From Thermoanaerobaculia bacterium (GTDB lineage Bacteria > Acidobacteriota > Thermoanaerobaculia > Gp7-AA8), in NCBI GenBank assembly GCA_035999335.1, contig DASYGV010000175.1, positions 10,807 to 74,806 of the forward strand: a stretch of 64,000 bases of DNA, read 5' to 3'. This document shows positions 7,570 to 15,845 of the stretch, piece after piece. A program made the translations under genes and the position numbers. A model generated the notes under the pieces. That model was not told the origin of the DNA, ran no database searches, and saw only the letters and a list, made by a program, of their open reading frames with translations. Position 1 is the first letter of the stretch. The number at the start of each line of letters is the position of its first letter.

Positions 7570-10500
7570 CTACGGTGCCCAGGCGAAGGCGATCACCCGT
7601 TCGGTCGCCATTCGGACAACGAGGGTCACGTGGTCGCCCGGTTGATGCTCCGAAGGCACCATGGCACTGTTCTGGATTGGGCCGGCAAGTCCGCTCACCG
7701 GATGACGGGCCCTCCATCCTCCCTTTTTCGTCCGTTCAGCAAGCAACTCTGCAACCACCAGATCGCCCGCCTTTGGCAGAGTTGCGGGAGGCGTTGTCGG
7801 TACCTTGACGGGAATCTTGCTGGAGGTGGAAGGCGCGGGAGGCTTCAAACAGCGCTCACTTAGATCGTGGGCCACTGCGGGTGTTATGTCATCACGCCCC
7901 TGGAGGCGCGACAACAGGTTTGAACGGCTCACGATGCTTCGAAGGACTGGTGCGTACCCGGCGCGGTGGTAATTGTCGCCGAGCCATCTTGCGATAAACG
8001 CATCCATTCCTTCAGTCTGTATGTCGAGCTCGATCGATTTCAACAGAAGGCGATGAATCTGATCTGGGATTTCCTTAGCAAGCACGTGCAGGCATTCCAG
8101 TGTCGCATGCGAATCACTGTCGCGCCTAATGGCATAAACAATGGAGTCACGGACGGCCCTTTTGCGATAGTCATCGGCTGGCCCTCGGAGATAGGAAGCT
8201 GCAGCCGAGGAGTTGGCCACTGCCGCCTTACCGAGGTTTTTGAGGAGGAAGCCCCTATGGCTACGCGCTTCGGGTCTGCCTGCGTAAGCTAAGGCCATGT
8301 CTATATATTGGGCCGCGGCCTTGCCGGCCGTCAGGAGCACCGCAAGGATCTGCTCCGGGTGGAGCGCATTGAATGCACGAACGTAATTGACGCCTCGCAG
8401 GAGCCATTCGGCGTCTCCATTCGAGCGCGCGATCAACGTCCGGAGGAGTTCGTACCTGCTGCTCGCGGTGACGTCTTGGCGGTCCAGCCACTGTCTTGCC
8501 CGTTCCACCACGCCGGCGTCCAATGGGTTTGTGGCGATCGAGGATCTGAGCAAGTCGTGCGCCTGTGGATGAGACGTGTTCACATCCAACCATTGCGTTG
8601 CGCGATTACCAAGGTCTGCATCCAACGGGTTTGCAGTGATCAAGGTTGCCAGCAGCTTGTACGCTTGAGGATGCGATGTATTCGCATCCAACCACTGCGT
8701 TGCGCGATTGCCGAGGTCGGTGTCCAACGGGTTCGCAGCGATCAAGGAGACGAGTAGCTGGTACGCTTGAGGATGCGACGTATTCGCATCCAACCATTGC
8801 GTTGCGCGATTACGAAGGTCCGTGTCCAAGGGGTTCGCAGCGATCAAGGTCCTGAGTAACTCGTGCGCCTGGAGATGAGATCGGTTCGCATCCAACCATT
8901 GCGTCGCGCGCTCGCGCACGTCCGGGTCTAATCGATTTCCCGCGACGAGCGCGGCGAGTAGATAGTGTGCGTTGGGATGCGAGGCGTTTGTGTCCAACCA
9001 TTGCGTGGCGAGCGCGCGAATGTCTGCGTCCGACGGATTTCCCGCGACGGATGCGGCGAGTGGATAATGCGCGTTGGGATGCGACCCGTTTGCCTCCAAC
9101 CATTGCGTCGTGCGCTCGTGAACGTCTGTGGACGACGGATTCCATGCGACGAGCGTGGCGAGTAGTAAATATGCGTTGGGATGCGACCCGTTTGTATCCA
9201 ACCATTGCATCGCGCGCTCGCGCAAGACCGCGTCCGATGGGTTTCCAGCCACAAGGCTGACGAGTAGATCGTACGCGTTGGGATGCAAGGCGTTCGAATC
9301 CAGCCACTCCGTCGCTCGAAGGAATATATCGGCGTTCGCCGGGCTCCTCGCAACCAACGGCGCGATGACAAGGTACGCAGGGGGGCGCCGGCTGTTTACA
9401 GTCAACCAGGCAAAGACAATACGACGCGCCTTCTCGGGCTGGCGTGAGCGCGCCAGAAGTGTCTTGAGCGCCTGTACTAAGCCTGGATTCTCAGGCATCG
9501 CGAAGAAGAATCTCTCCGCCGCATCCTTGAGGGCAATGCCGTTTTCGAGCGCATTCTCGCCGAGAAGCCACAGCAACCCGGCAACGGAACCATGGAGCAT
9601 GCGAGCGGTGCTCTCGTTCTCCATGGCTCGGACGGCTTCGGACGAAGGTGCCGGTATCAGGTCCAAGCCCGCGACTGTCGCTTCGAGTTCAAGCCATCGC
9701 GTAAGCGCTCGGGAATCTGGATGTCCGCCATGCGTCCCCAGATGCAGTCGGTAGAATTCGCGGATGACGTTCTTACGATCGGCGATCCGGATCGACTCCG
9801 AATCGGCGATCGTGCCAAGGTGGGTCGAGGTCAGGATCGTGCGAATTGGCGCGAATGGGAGAGGTTCCGCAACGTCGCGAGCACGCGTCTCCACGATCTG
9901 ATGAATCTCGCGCGCCAATGCCTTCTCGAGGGTCTCCGGCGGTCCCACCCACTCTTGAAACAGCAACCAGGCGAGGTGGGGGTGCGCCAAGCGCACGCCT
10001 CCTGGTGGATTGTCATCGATCCGAAAGTGGAGCTGATCCTCACGACAGAGTCTTTCGAGCTCATCGCGCAAACTTGGCTCGGCGATGAGGCCGAGAGGCG
10101 CATCGAGGTACAGCGCCGTCCCCGCCACAATCGTGCGCGCCGCTTCATAGACGCCGAAGCTTTTCAGCCGCCGCCCGAAACGGAGCGCGAATTCCGGCAT
10201 TCGCACACCTTGCGCAAGCTCGAAGACGAGTTGCACGAGAAGCGGATTCTCGCGCGTAAGCGAGGCCGGATCGAGCGGACGGTCGCTTCGCGCTTCGTAC
10301 CAAGCAACGAACTCCTCCAGCTCGACCGCATTCAAAGGGGGCAATACAAAGGAAGTGATCTCAAACACTTCCGGAAGGCGGCTGGAGAACTGTTCGAGTT
10401 GTTCGGTCGGGCCGCAGGTCAAGAGACCGATCGGGGGTGTCGCCAGCATGCAAGCCTCTCGCACCGCCTGTTCCCAGGCCTCGCGGTCGTGCTGATCGTA

Positions 10501-11589
10501 GATGTCATCCACCACCACGAGTGGGCGTCCCGCAGATCCTTCGGGAGGTGGCCACTTGGAAGAAAGGGCGAGCAGGTCCGCCACCTCGCCGGGGGTCACT
10601 TGAAGGATGGAAGGACCGGTCGCCGAAAGCAGAAGCTCGGAGATCAACTGAAGCTGGAGCACGGACTTCCCTTCGCCCGATCGCCCCGCGATCCAGAACA
10701 CCGGTACTTTGCCAATCAGCTCGTCACTCCCCACTCGGTTAAGCCAATGCTCGAGAGAAGTGCGAACCGCCTTCAGCATCGCCGGGCGGTCGCGAAAGAA
10801 TCCTTTGCGCAGATGTTCGATCTTCGGTGTTTGGCCCGCGAGTACTTTTCGGTTGTCGGCGGCGTCGGGATCGAGCTGGACGTGTGCCGACGTCAGGACG
10901 CGTCCGACGGGACTCCACTCCCTGCGTCGTTCCGCGCTGAGGTAAATGCTCCACAGGTCGCGGCCGATGGATCGCGTCGCCTCTGGCGGCTCGGCAAGAA
11001 AACCGGACAAGAGCCGCCCGAGGAGGCGGTCGAGGAGCGTCGTCGGGTCGCGGATGCCAGCGTTCCAGAACACGACACTCAGCTCGTCGAGCGGGTCGCG
11101 CTCCTGGAGCACGGGAGTGATCGGATCGATCCGCTCGATCATCTCTCGCCAGCACGTTTCATCCCCGTCAACCAAGACCTCGGTCATCGGCACGTCCGCC
11201 GGATGGTGAGCAGTAGCCCGCGTCCGACAAGCGACCTGAAAGCAAAGGCGGGGGAGAAGCCGCGGAATCTTTTTGCGGCAAAGCTCGGTGAGGAGATATG
11301 CCTCCTCGAGAAAGGCGCGCATCGCTTTCAGGTCGAGCGTCCTTTTGACCTGGATCAATCGCAGAAGACCATCCGTGGGGCAGACGATGTCGGAGATGCT
11401 CTCCATCTCCGCCATTCCGCCGGGCTCGAGGGCTTCCTGCTCCACTCTCTGGAAGAAGCGAGCTAGAAACGCGGCGGCCTGATAGGAAAAGCCAGAGAGT
11501 GACCACCAGCCGCCGGTCGCCCGCCGTCCGTGGTGTTCGCGCCAGAGCGCGAGAAGACCAGCAAGATCGTCTCCGGGGTTCGCGGACAC
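7570..11589 (-). CDS. STAND-type P-loop NTPase with N-terminal Cap4/DUF4297-like PD-(D/E)xK nuclease motifs, 34-aa helical repeat array and C-terminal OB/S1-like domain (candidate Avs-like defence protein)
   Basis: aa 33-37 GFSYQ. aa 63-82 ESISD...LIQVK (E/D...QxK). Walker A GRSGEGKS (aa 302-309). Walker B LVVVDD (aa 357-362). About 10 repeats of the type RATQWLDANTSHPQAYxLLxxLIAANPLDxDL (aa 724-1060). Pro-rich linker followed by GDLVVAELLAERTKKGGWRARHPVSGLAGPIQNS...GDHVTLVV. Confidence 0.9.
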   Translation of the reverse strand: MSANPGDDLAGLLALWREHHGRRATGGWWSLSGFSYQAAAFLARFFQRVEQEALEPGGMAEMESISDIVCPTDGLLRLIQVKRTLDLKAMRAFLEEAYLLTELCRKKIPRLLPRLCFQVACRTRATAHHPADVPMTEVLVDGDETCWREMIERIDPITPVLQERDPLDELSVVFWNAGIRDPTTLLDRLLGRLLSGFLAEPPEATRSIGRDLWSIYLSAERRREWSPVGRVLTSAHVQLDPDAADNRKVLAGQTPKIEHLRKGFFRDRPAMLKAVRTSLEHWLNRVGSDELIGKVPVFWIAGRSGEGKSVLQLQLISELLLSATGPSILQVTPGEVADLLALSSKWPPPEGSAGRPLVVVDDIYDQHDREAWEQAVREACMLATPPIGLLTCGPTEQLEQFSSRLPEVFEITSFVLPPLNAVELEEFVAWYEARSDRPLDPASLTRENPLLVQLVFELAQGVRMPEFALRFGRRLKSFGVYEAARTIVAGTALYLDAPLGLIAEPSLRDELERLCREDQLHFRIDDNPPGGVRLAHPHLAWLLFQEWVGPPETLEKALAREIHQIVETRARDVAEPLPFAPIRTILTSTHLGTIADSESIRIADRKNVIREFYRLHLGTHGGHPDSRALTRWLELEATVAGLDLIPAPSSEAVRAMENESTARMLHGSVAGLLWLLGENALENGIALKDAAERFFFAMPENPGLVQALKTLLARSRQPEKARRIVFAWLTVNSRRPPAYLVIAPLVARSPANADIFLRATEWLDSNALHPNAYDLLVSLVAGNPSDAVLRERAMQWLDTNGSHPNAYLLLATLVAWNPSSTDVHERTTQWLEANGSHPNAHYPLAASVAGNPSDADIRALATQWLDTNASHPNAHYLLAALVAGNRLDPDVRERATQWLDANRSHLQAHELLRTLIAANPLDTDLRNRATQWLDANTSHPQAYQLLVSLIAANPLDTDLGNRATQWLDANTSHPQAYKLLATLITANPLDADLGNRATQWLDVNTSHPQAHDLLRSSIATNPLDAGVVERARQWLDRQDVTASSRYELLRTLIARSNGDAEWLLRGVNYVRAFNALHPEQILAVLLTAGKAAAQYIDMALAYAGRPEARSHRGFLLKNLGKAAVANSSAAASYLRGPADDYRKRAVRDSIVYAIRRDSDSHATLECLHVLAKEIPDQIHRLLLKSIELDIQTEGMDAFIARWLGDNYHRAGYAPVLRSIVSRSNLLSRLQGRDDITPAVAHDLSERCLKPPAPSTSSKIPVKVPTTPPATLPKAGDLVVAELLAERTKKGGWRARHPVSGLAGPIQNSAMVPSEHQPGDHVTLVVRMATERVIAFAWAP
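8410..9420 (-). repeat. In-frame 102-nt (34-aa) tandem coding repeats within the STAND gene
   Basis: atccaacca(t/c)tgcgttgcgcgatt recurs at 8584, 8686 and 8788 with 102-nt spacing. Repeats 5-7 are near-identical at the protein level. Confidence 0.9.
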
Positions 11590-11893
11590 CGTTCTATGCT
11601 AGCGGAAACCAATTACGTATGTGCTGATGCACACGGCGTCGATCCTCCGCGCCGGCCCCTTCCATTCGCCTCTCTGCACGTGCGTTCGCAACGCCGGTCA
11701 GGAACTGTGGTTGCGATCAACGTCCTTACGCTAATGGCGATGGGCATGGGCGCAGCTTGTTCTTGTACTTCTACTTCGCCAAGACCTTGCAGACGCTGCT
11801 GGTGTCTTCACGCGGATGATGGTCGCTGTGTTGCGGGGGCGCCGGCCCGAAAACGCGCGATAAATACAGATTCGTATAAATTCATTGTTGTAT

Positions 11894-12091
11894 TCAGGCA
11901 CGCGCGTTTTCTGCTCGCGTCCCGTTGGTGCAGCTTCCGATTCTCGCTGCGCGGAGATAGATGAGAACGCGCGCTGAAGCACTTCGAACTGCGTTGGGTG
12001 CGGCCATACGATTGACGCAGCACCACAATTCCGCGCTTCTGATCTGCTGTGCCGCGAGCGCAGTGATTTTGAGAGGAAGCGGCTCGTTCAT
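11894..12091 (-). pseudogene. ParE/RelE-like toxin remnant (N-terminal part only)
   Basis: MNEPLPLKITALAAQQIRSAELW..NR..AP resembles ParE-family N-termini. The ATGA overlaps the upstream antitoxin-like ORF. At 65 aa it is too short, the C-terminus is non-homologous-looking, and AT-richer decayed DNA follows. Confidence 0.35.
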
Positions 12092-12234
12092 TCGCGACTG
12101 CGCATCTCGCGCACGAGCGCTTCGGCGGAGATCGTCTCTCCCCGTTCTCCCTGGGCGATCGACTCGAGGAGCACGGCTTCGAGCTCCTCATCGACTCTGA
12201 AGGTCTCTTCACCGTCGAGCTCGAGGAGTGTCAC
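12088..12234 (-). pseudogene. ParD/RHH-type antitoxin C-terminal fragment
   Basis: The 48 aa ...EELEAVLLESIAQGERGETISAEALVREMRSRE resembles the C-terminal tail of ParD-like antitoxins. There is no N-terminal ribbon-helix-helix region. Confidence 0.3.
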
Positions 12235-12290
12235 GTCTGCTCCTTCCGGTAGCTCGAAAGGAAGATGTGCGTATCGAGCAGCAACCTCAT
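12231..12290 (-). pseudogene. VapC (PIN) toxin remnant, truncated after 19 codons
   Basis: MRLLLDTHIFL is the canonical PIN-toxin N-terminus. The ATGA overlaps the Phd stop. A stop follows after SSYRKEQT. Confidence 0.6.
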
Positions 12291-12517
12291 TGCTCAAAGT
12301 CTCGCAGGATCTCTTCCGGCAGCGGATCGTCGAAATCGTCCGGCACGACGAAGGATCCGCGGGCGAGGCCGAACGGTCGCGGCCGCCGCACGGCTTCAAT
12401 CGGCCGAATCTCTGCGACCGGCCGGTCCCGCTCGGTGACAATCAGCGTCTCGCCGTCCAGCACGCGATGAAGCACTCCTTCGGGATCGCGCTTGATCTCC
12501 TCGACAGTCACGTTCAT
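12287..12517 (-). CDS. Phd/YefM family type II antitoxin
   Basis: MNVTVEEIKRDPEGVLHRVLDGETLIVTERDRPVAEIRPI ... VVPDDFDDPLPEEILRDFE is typical of a VapB/Phd-type antitoxin. Confidence 0.8.
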   Translation of the reverse strand: MNVTVEEIKRDPEGVLHRVLDGETLIVTERDRPVAEIRPIEAVRRPRPFGLARGSFVVPDDFDDPLPEEILRDFEQ

Positions 12518-12624
12518 CGCTTCGAAAGTTTAGCAGAGGCGCTCAAGGCACCTCGGCGTTCCGTAGTCCTTTTCCGGGTAGGGATCTCCCTTTCCTCCGA
12601 CACTCCTACCACGAGGGGTGAATC

Positions 12625-14166
12625 TTGACTCGAATGAACATTCGGCCGCTGGTCGTGTCTCTTGCCGCGCTCTTCCTTCTCGCGAATGCTCCCGACGCGC
12701 ATGCGTTCTTCGAAGACCTCTGCCTGCCGCGCAATCCGGCGCAGGGGAAGCTGTCCTGGTGCCTCAATCCTACGTGCGTGAATCGGCCCGCGCCGAGCCG
12801 CGCCTGTCCGCAGCAGATCCTCGACTTCGCCACCGTCAAGGCGGGGCGGAGCATGATCCACGCGGACTCCACCTACTTCCTCGCCCAGGCCCTCGGCTAC
12901 CGCGCGGACGTCGCCTACTGGATCGCCGCGTACAACGAAGTCACCGACTACACGCAGTACGTCCCCATCGACCAATGCGGCGTGCAGGCGAGCACGCAAA
13001 ACTCGGGCGCGCCGTACATCACCGCCCAATACAACGGCTTCCAGCGGACGAACGTCAACACCGACGGGCCGCTCGATCACTACCTCGTCTCGTTTTCGCC
13101 GAACGGGCAGGGGACCGACGTCCACGGCGCGATGGGTGTGCAGGCGATCTATCCGTTCTACTACCCGCGTCCCGGCTATCCGCTGCGCATCGACGACACG
13201 TATCAGAAGACCCTCGCGAACCTCCGCCAGTGGGGCATGCTGCGCTCGCGCGATCCGGGCCTGCTCTGCGTCGTCGGCATGACCGATTCCACGGGAACGA
13301 CCTGCCTCAGCGGCGGAACGGTGTCGGGCGTCGTACCGACGCTCACCAATCCGAACGCGCCGAGTCCGATCAGCATCAGCGCGCCGCTCGGGAAGAAGGT
13401 GCTCAACCTCGACACGAGCACGGATCCCTGGACGACGGTCTATTACGAACAACTCGGCCCATGGCTCGACGACAAGTCGCGCACGACCGGCACGCTGTGG
13501 AAATCGAAGGTGCCGATCCCGGTGCCCGTGCAGATCGCGCGGCTCGGACACTATCTCCACACGATGCAGGATTCCTGTTCGCACTCGACCTACTGCGGCG
13601 ACGAATCGCCGTCGCCTCCCGATGGCGGCGATCCGGGCACGTTCATGGTTCTCTCCGACAACAACTTGAAGCTCTCTTTCGGCAACTCGTGTGCGATGAG
13701 CCCTCATCTCGCGGGACACATTCAGGAGACCGGCACCGGCGACAATCCGCTCCCGCTGCGCGTTTACACGGCGCTGAACCTCACGGTCGACGAGCTGATC
13801 GAGTTCGGGAACAACGTCGCGAAACATCACGAAGGATGGATCGTCAATCCCGATCTGCTGCCGCCCGACGTCGTCGGCGGCAAGAGCGCGCGGGGCGCCA
13901 GCGCGGCCGATTTGAAGAACACGCTCGTCGGCGCGATCGTCTCCGGCACCGCGTACAGCCGCGCGGAGGTGTATCAGTCCGGCGTCGTCACGCTGCCGCT
14001 GCAGCAGACGAATACCATCGCGCGCCTATCCGCGATGAATCTCGCACTGAGCCGGTACTCCGATACTCTCCGCAATCAGTCCGCGAACCCCGCGACCTTC
14101 ACATCGCTCGAGCACATGCCCGGAAACTCCGCGAAACCGGACGACACCAGCGTCTGCTGGAAGTGA
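12625..14166 (+). CDS. Secreted hypothetical protein (weak zinc phospholipase C / P1 nuclease-like motif)
   Basis: Signal peptide RPLVVSLAALFLLANAPDAHA. ARLGHYLHTMQDSCSH loosely resembles the LG..LH...D...H metal site, but the spacing differs by 2 residues. The start could instead be the ATG at 12634. Confidence 0.75.
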   Translation: MTRMNIRPLVVSLAALFLLANAPDAHAFFEDLCLPRNPAQGKLSWCLNPTCVNRPAPSRACPQQILDFATVKAGRSMIHADSTYFLAQALGYRADVAYWIAAYNEVTDYTQYVPIDQCGVQASTQNSGAPYITAQYNGFQRTNVNTDGPLDHYLVSFSPNGQGTDVHGAMGVQAIYPFYYPRPGYPLRIDDTYQKTLANLRQWGMLRSRDPGLLCVVGMTDSTGTTCLSGGTVSGVVPTLTNPNAPSPISISAPLGKKVLNLDTSTDPWTTVYYEQLGPWLDDKSRTTGTLWKSKVPIPVPVQIARLGHYLHTMQDSCSHSTYCGDESPSPPDGGDPGTFMVLSDNNLKLSFGNSCAMSPHLAGHIQETGTGDNPLPLRVYTALNLTVDELIEFGNNVAKHHEGWIVNPDLLPPDVVGGKSARGASAADLKNTLVGAIVSGTAYSRAEVYQSGVVTLPLQQTNTIARLSAMNLALSRYSDTLRNQSANPATFTSLEHMPGNSAKPDDTSVCWK

Positions 14167-14174
14167 GCGATCGC

Positions 14175-15716
14175 ATGCAGCGATTTCTCATCGGATTCTT
14201 CTGCGTCGCCGCGATCGAAGTCGCGGCGCAGAACTCCTCCGTCGACGTCCTTCACTACGCGATCGACATCACGCTGCCGCGCAGCGGCACGGAGATCACC
14301 GCGAGTGCGGAACTGACCATCGCTTCGCGAACGGCGCCGCTGGAATCGGTGGTGCTCGACTTCGGCAATCTCGTCATCGATGCGGTGAGCATCGAAGGGA
14401 AAGACGCGCCGTGGACGCGCGATGGCGACCGGCTGACGATCGCCGCCGCACGCGCGACGCGCGATCCATTCCGCGTGCGCATCGCCTATCACGGCAAGCC
14501 GGCGGACGGACTCGTGTTGCAGCAGAACAAGCACGGTCACTTTGGCGTCTTCGCCGACAACTGGCCGAACCGCGCGCACCAGTGGTTCCCCGCGGTCGAT
14601 CATCCGTCGGACAAAGCAACGGTGGAGTTTCGCGTGACCGCGCCCGAGGCCTTCGACGTGATCGCGAACGGGACTCTGATCGAGAGCGCGAGCCTGCTGA
14701 ATGGCTCGAAGCGTTGGCACTGGAGCGAATCCACGCCGATCCCCGTGCACTGCATGGTCATCGGCGCGACGGAGTTCGCGATCGTGCGCGCCGGCGAAGA
14801 CGAAGGCGTCGAAGTTTCGTACTACCTCTATCCCGGCGACCGCGACGCCGGCGTTCGGCAGTTCGGACGCGTCGAGCAGATGCTCGACTTCTACTCCGAC
14901 ATCATCGGGTCGTATCCCTACGACAAGCTCGCGATCGTGGAGTCGTCGACGCGCTTCGGCGGCATGGAGAACGCGAGCGCGATCTTCCTCGACGAGAAAC
15001 GCATTCACGGCACGGAGTCGCTCGAAGGCCTGGTCGCGCACGAGATCGCACATCAGTGGTTCGGTGATTCCATATCGCAGCGCGAGTGGCACGACCTCTG
15101 GCTGAGCGAGGGCTTCGCGACGTACTTCGGCGCGCTTTTCTTCGAGCGCGCGAACGGCACTGAGGAGATGCGGCGCATGATGCGCGCGAACCGCGACGAC
15201 TACCTGCGCGATCCCGCATTCGCCACGCGGCCGATCTACGACCCTGCCGTCACCGACCTCACGAAGCTGCTCAACGCGCTCCGCTACGACAAGGCCGCAT
15301 GGGTGTTGCACATGTTGCGCGGGGTTGTCGGCGACGACGCGTTCTTCGCCGGGATCCGCGACTACTACGCCGCGCACCGCAACGGCAACGCGAGCACGGC
15401 GGAGCTGCGCATGATCATGGAACGCCACGCGAAACAGCCGCTGGAGTGGTTCTTTCAGCAGTGGATCTACGAGGCCGGGCATCCGGTCTTCACCACGAAA
15501 TGGACCTGGCGTCGCGGAAAGCTGACGGTGGACGTTGGGCAGACGCAGCCGGGAACGGTCTTCCGCACGCCGGCCGTCCTCGAAGTGCGCAACGCCGTCG
15601 GCGCGTACCGCGAGAACGTCGTCATCGACGAGCGCACCGAGCGCTTCGAGCTCGAGGCGGAGGTGCGGCCGACGGAGGTGGTGCTGGATCCGGACGAGTG
15701 GATCTTGAAGCAATAG
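14175..15716 (+). CDS. M1 family aminopeptidase (aminopeptidase N-like)
   Basis: GGMENASAIF (GxMEN) and HEIAHQWFG...WLSEGFATY (HExxH-18-E). Signal-like N-terminus MQRFLIGFFCVAAIEVAAQ. Confidence 0.92.
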   Translation: MQRFLIGFFCVAAIEVAAQNSSVDVLHYAIDITLPRSGTEITASAELTIASRTAPLESVVLDFGNLVIDAVSIEGKDAPWTRDGDRLTIAAARATRDPFRVRIAYHGKPADGLVLQQNKHGHFGVFADNWPNRAHQWFPAVDHPSDKATVEFRVTAPEAFDVIANGTLIESASLLNGSKRWHWSESTPIPVHCMVIGATEFAIVRAGEDEGVEVSYYLYPGDRDAGVRQFGRVEQMLDFYSDIIGSYPYDKLAIVESSTRFGGMENASAIFLDEKRIHGTESLEGLVAHEIAHQWFGDSISQREWHDLWLSEGFATYFGALFFERANGTEEMRRMMRANRDDYLRDPAFATRPIYDPAVTDLTKLLNALRYDKAAWVLHMLRGVVGDDAFFAGIRDYYAAHRNGNASTAELRMIMERHAKQPLEWFFQQWIYEAGHPVFTTKWTWRRGKLTVDVGQTQPGTVFRTPAVLEVRNAVGAYRENVVIDERTERFELEAEVRPTEVVLDPDEWILKQ

Positions 15717-15730
15717 TTGCCTTCCAGTCT

Positions 15731-15832
15731 ATCCCGCGCACAGACGCGGGATCTCCGGTGACACCGCGCGGATCGCGCCTGTGGCGAAGTTGGACCCGAT
15801 ATGACCAGAGATCCCGCGTCTACGCGCGGGAT
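15731..15832. repeat. Two copies of hairpin ATCCCGCG-N6-CGCGGGAT, 80 bp apart
   Basis: atcccgcgcacagacgcgggat (15731-15752) and atcccgcgtctacgcgcgggat (15811-15832), in an intergenic region. Confidence 0.8.
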
Positions 15833-15845
15833 AAACTGATCACGC

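Noticed and set aside
8410-9420. Possible CRISPR array (regularly spaced repeats)
   Set aside because: The repeats are contiguous 102-nt in-frame coding units without unique spacers, and they lie inside a long ORF. The 9-nt and 7-nt periodic blocks at 34947-35031 and 39981-40055 are palindromes, not repeat-spacer arrays. No cas genes are present.
12618-15716. 1032-aa ORF spanning the secreted protein gene and the M1 peptidase
   Set aside because: The first 519 codons are an out-of-frame read-through of the 12625-14166 gene and translate to Arg-rich nonsense. Recognisable M1 peptidase sequence begins only at the ATG at 14175, with a signal-like N-terminus.
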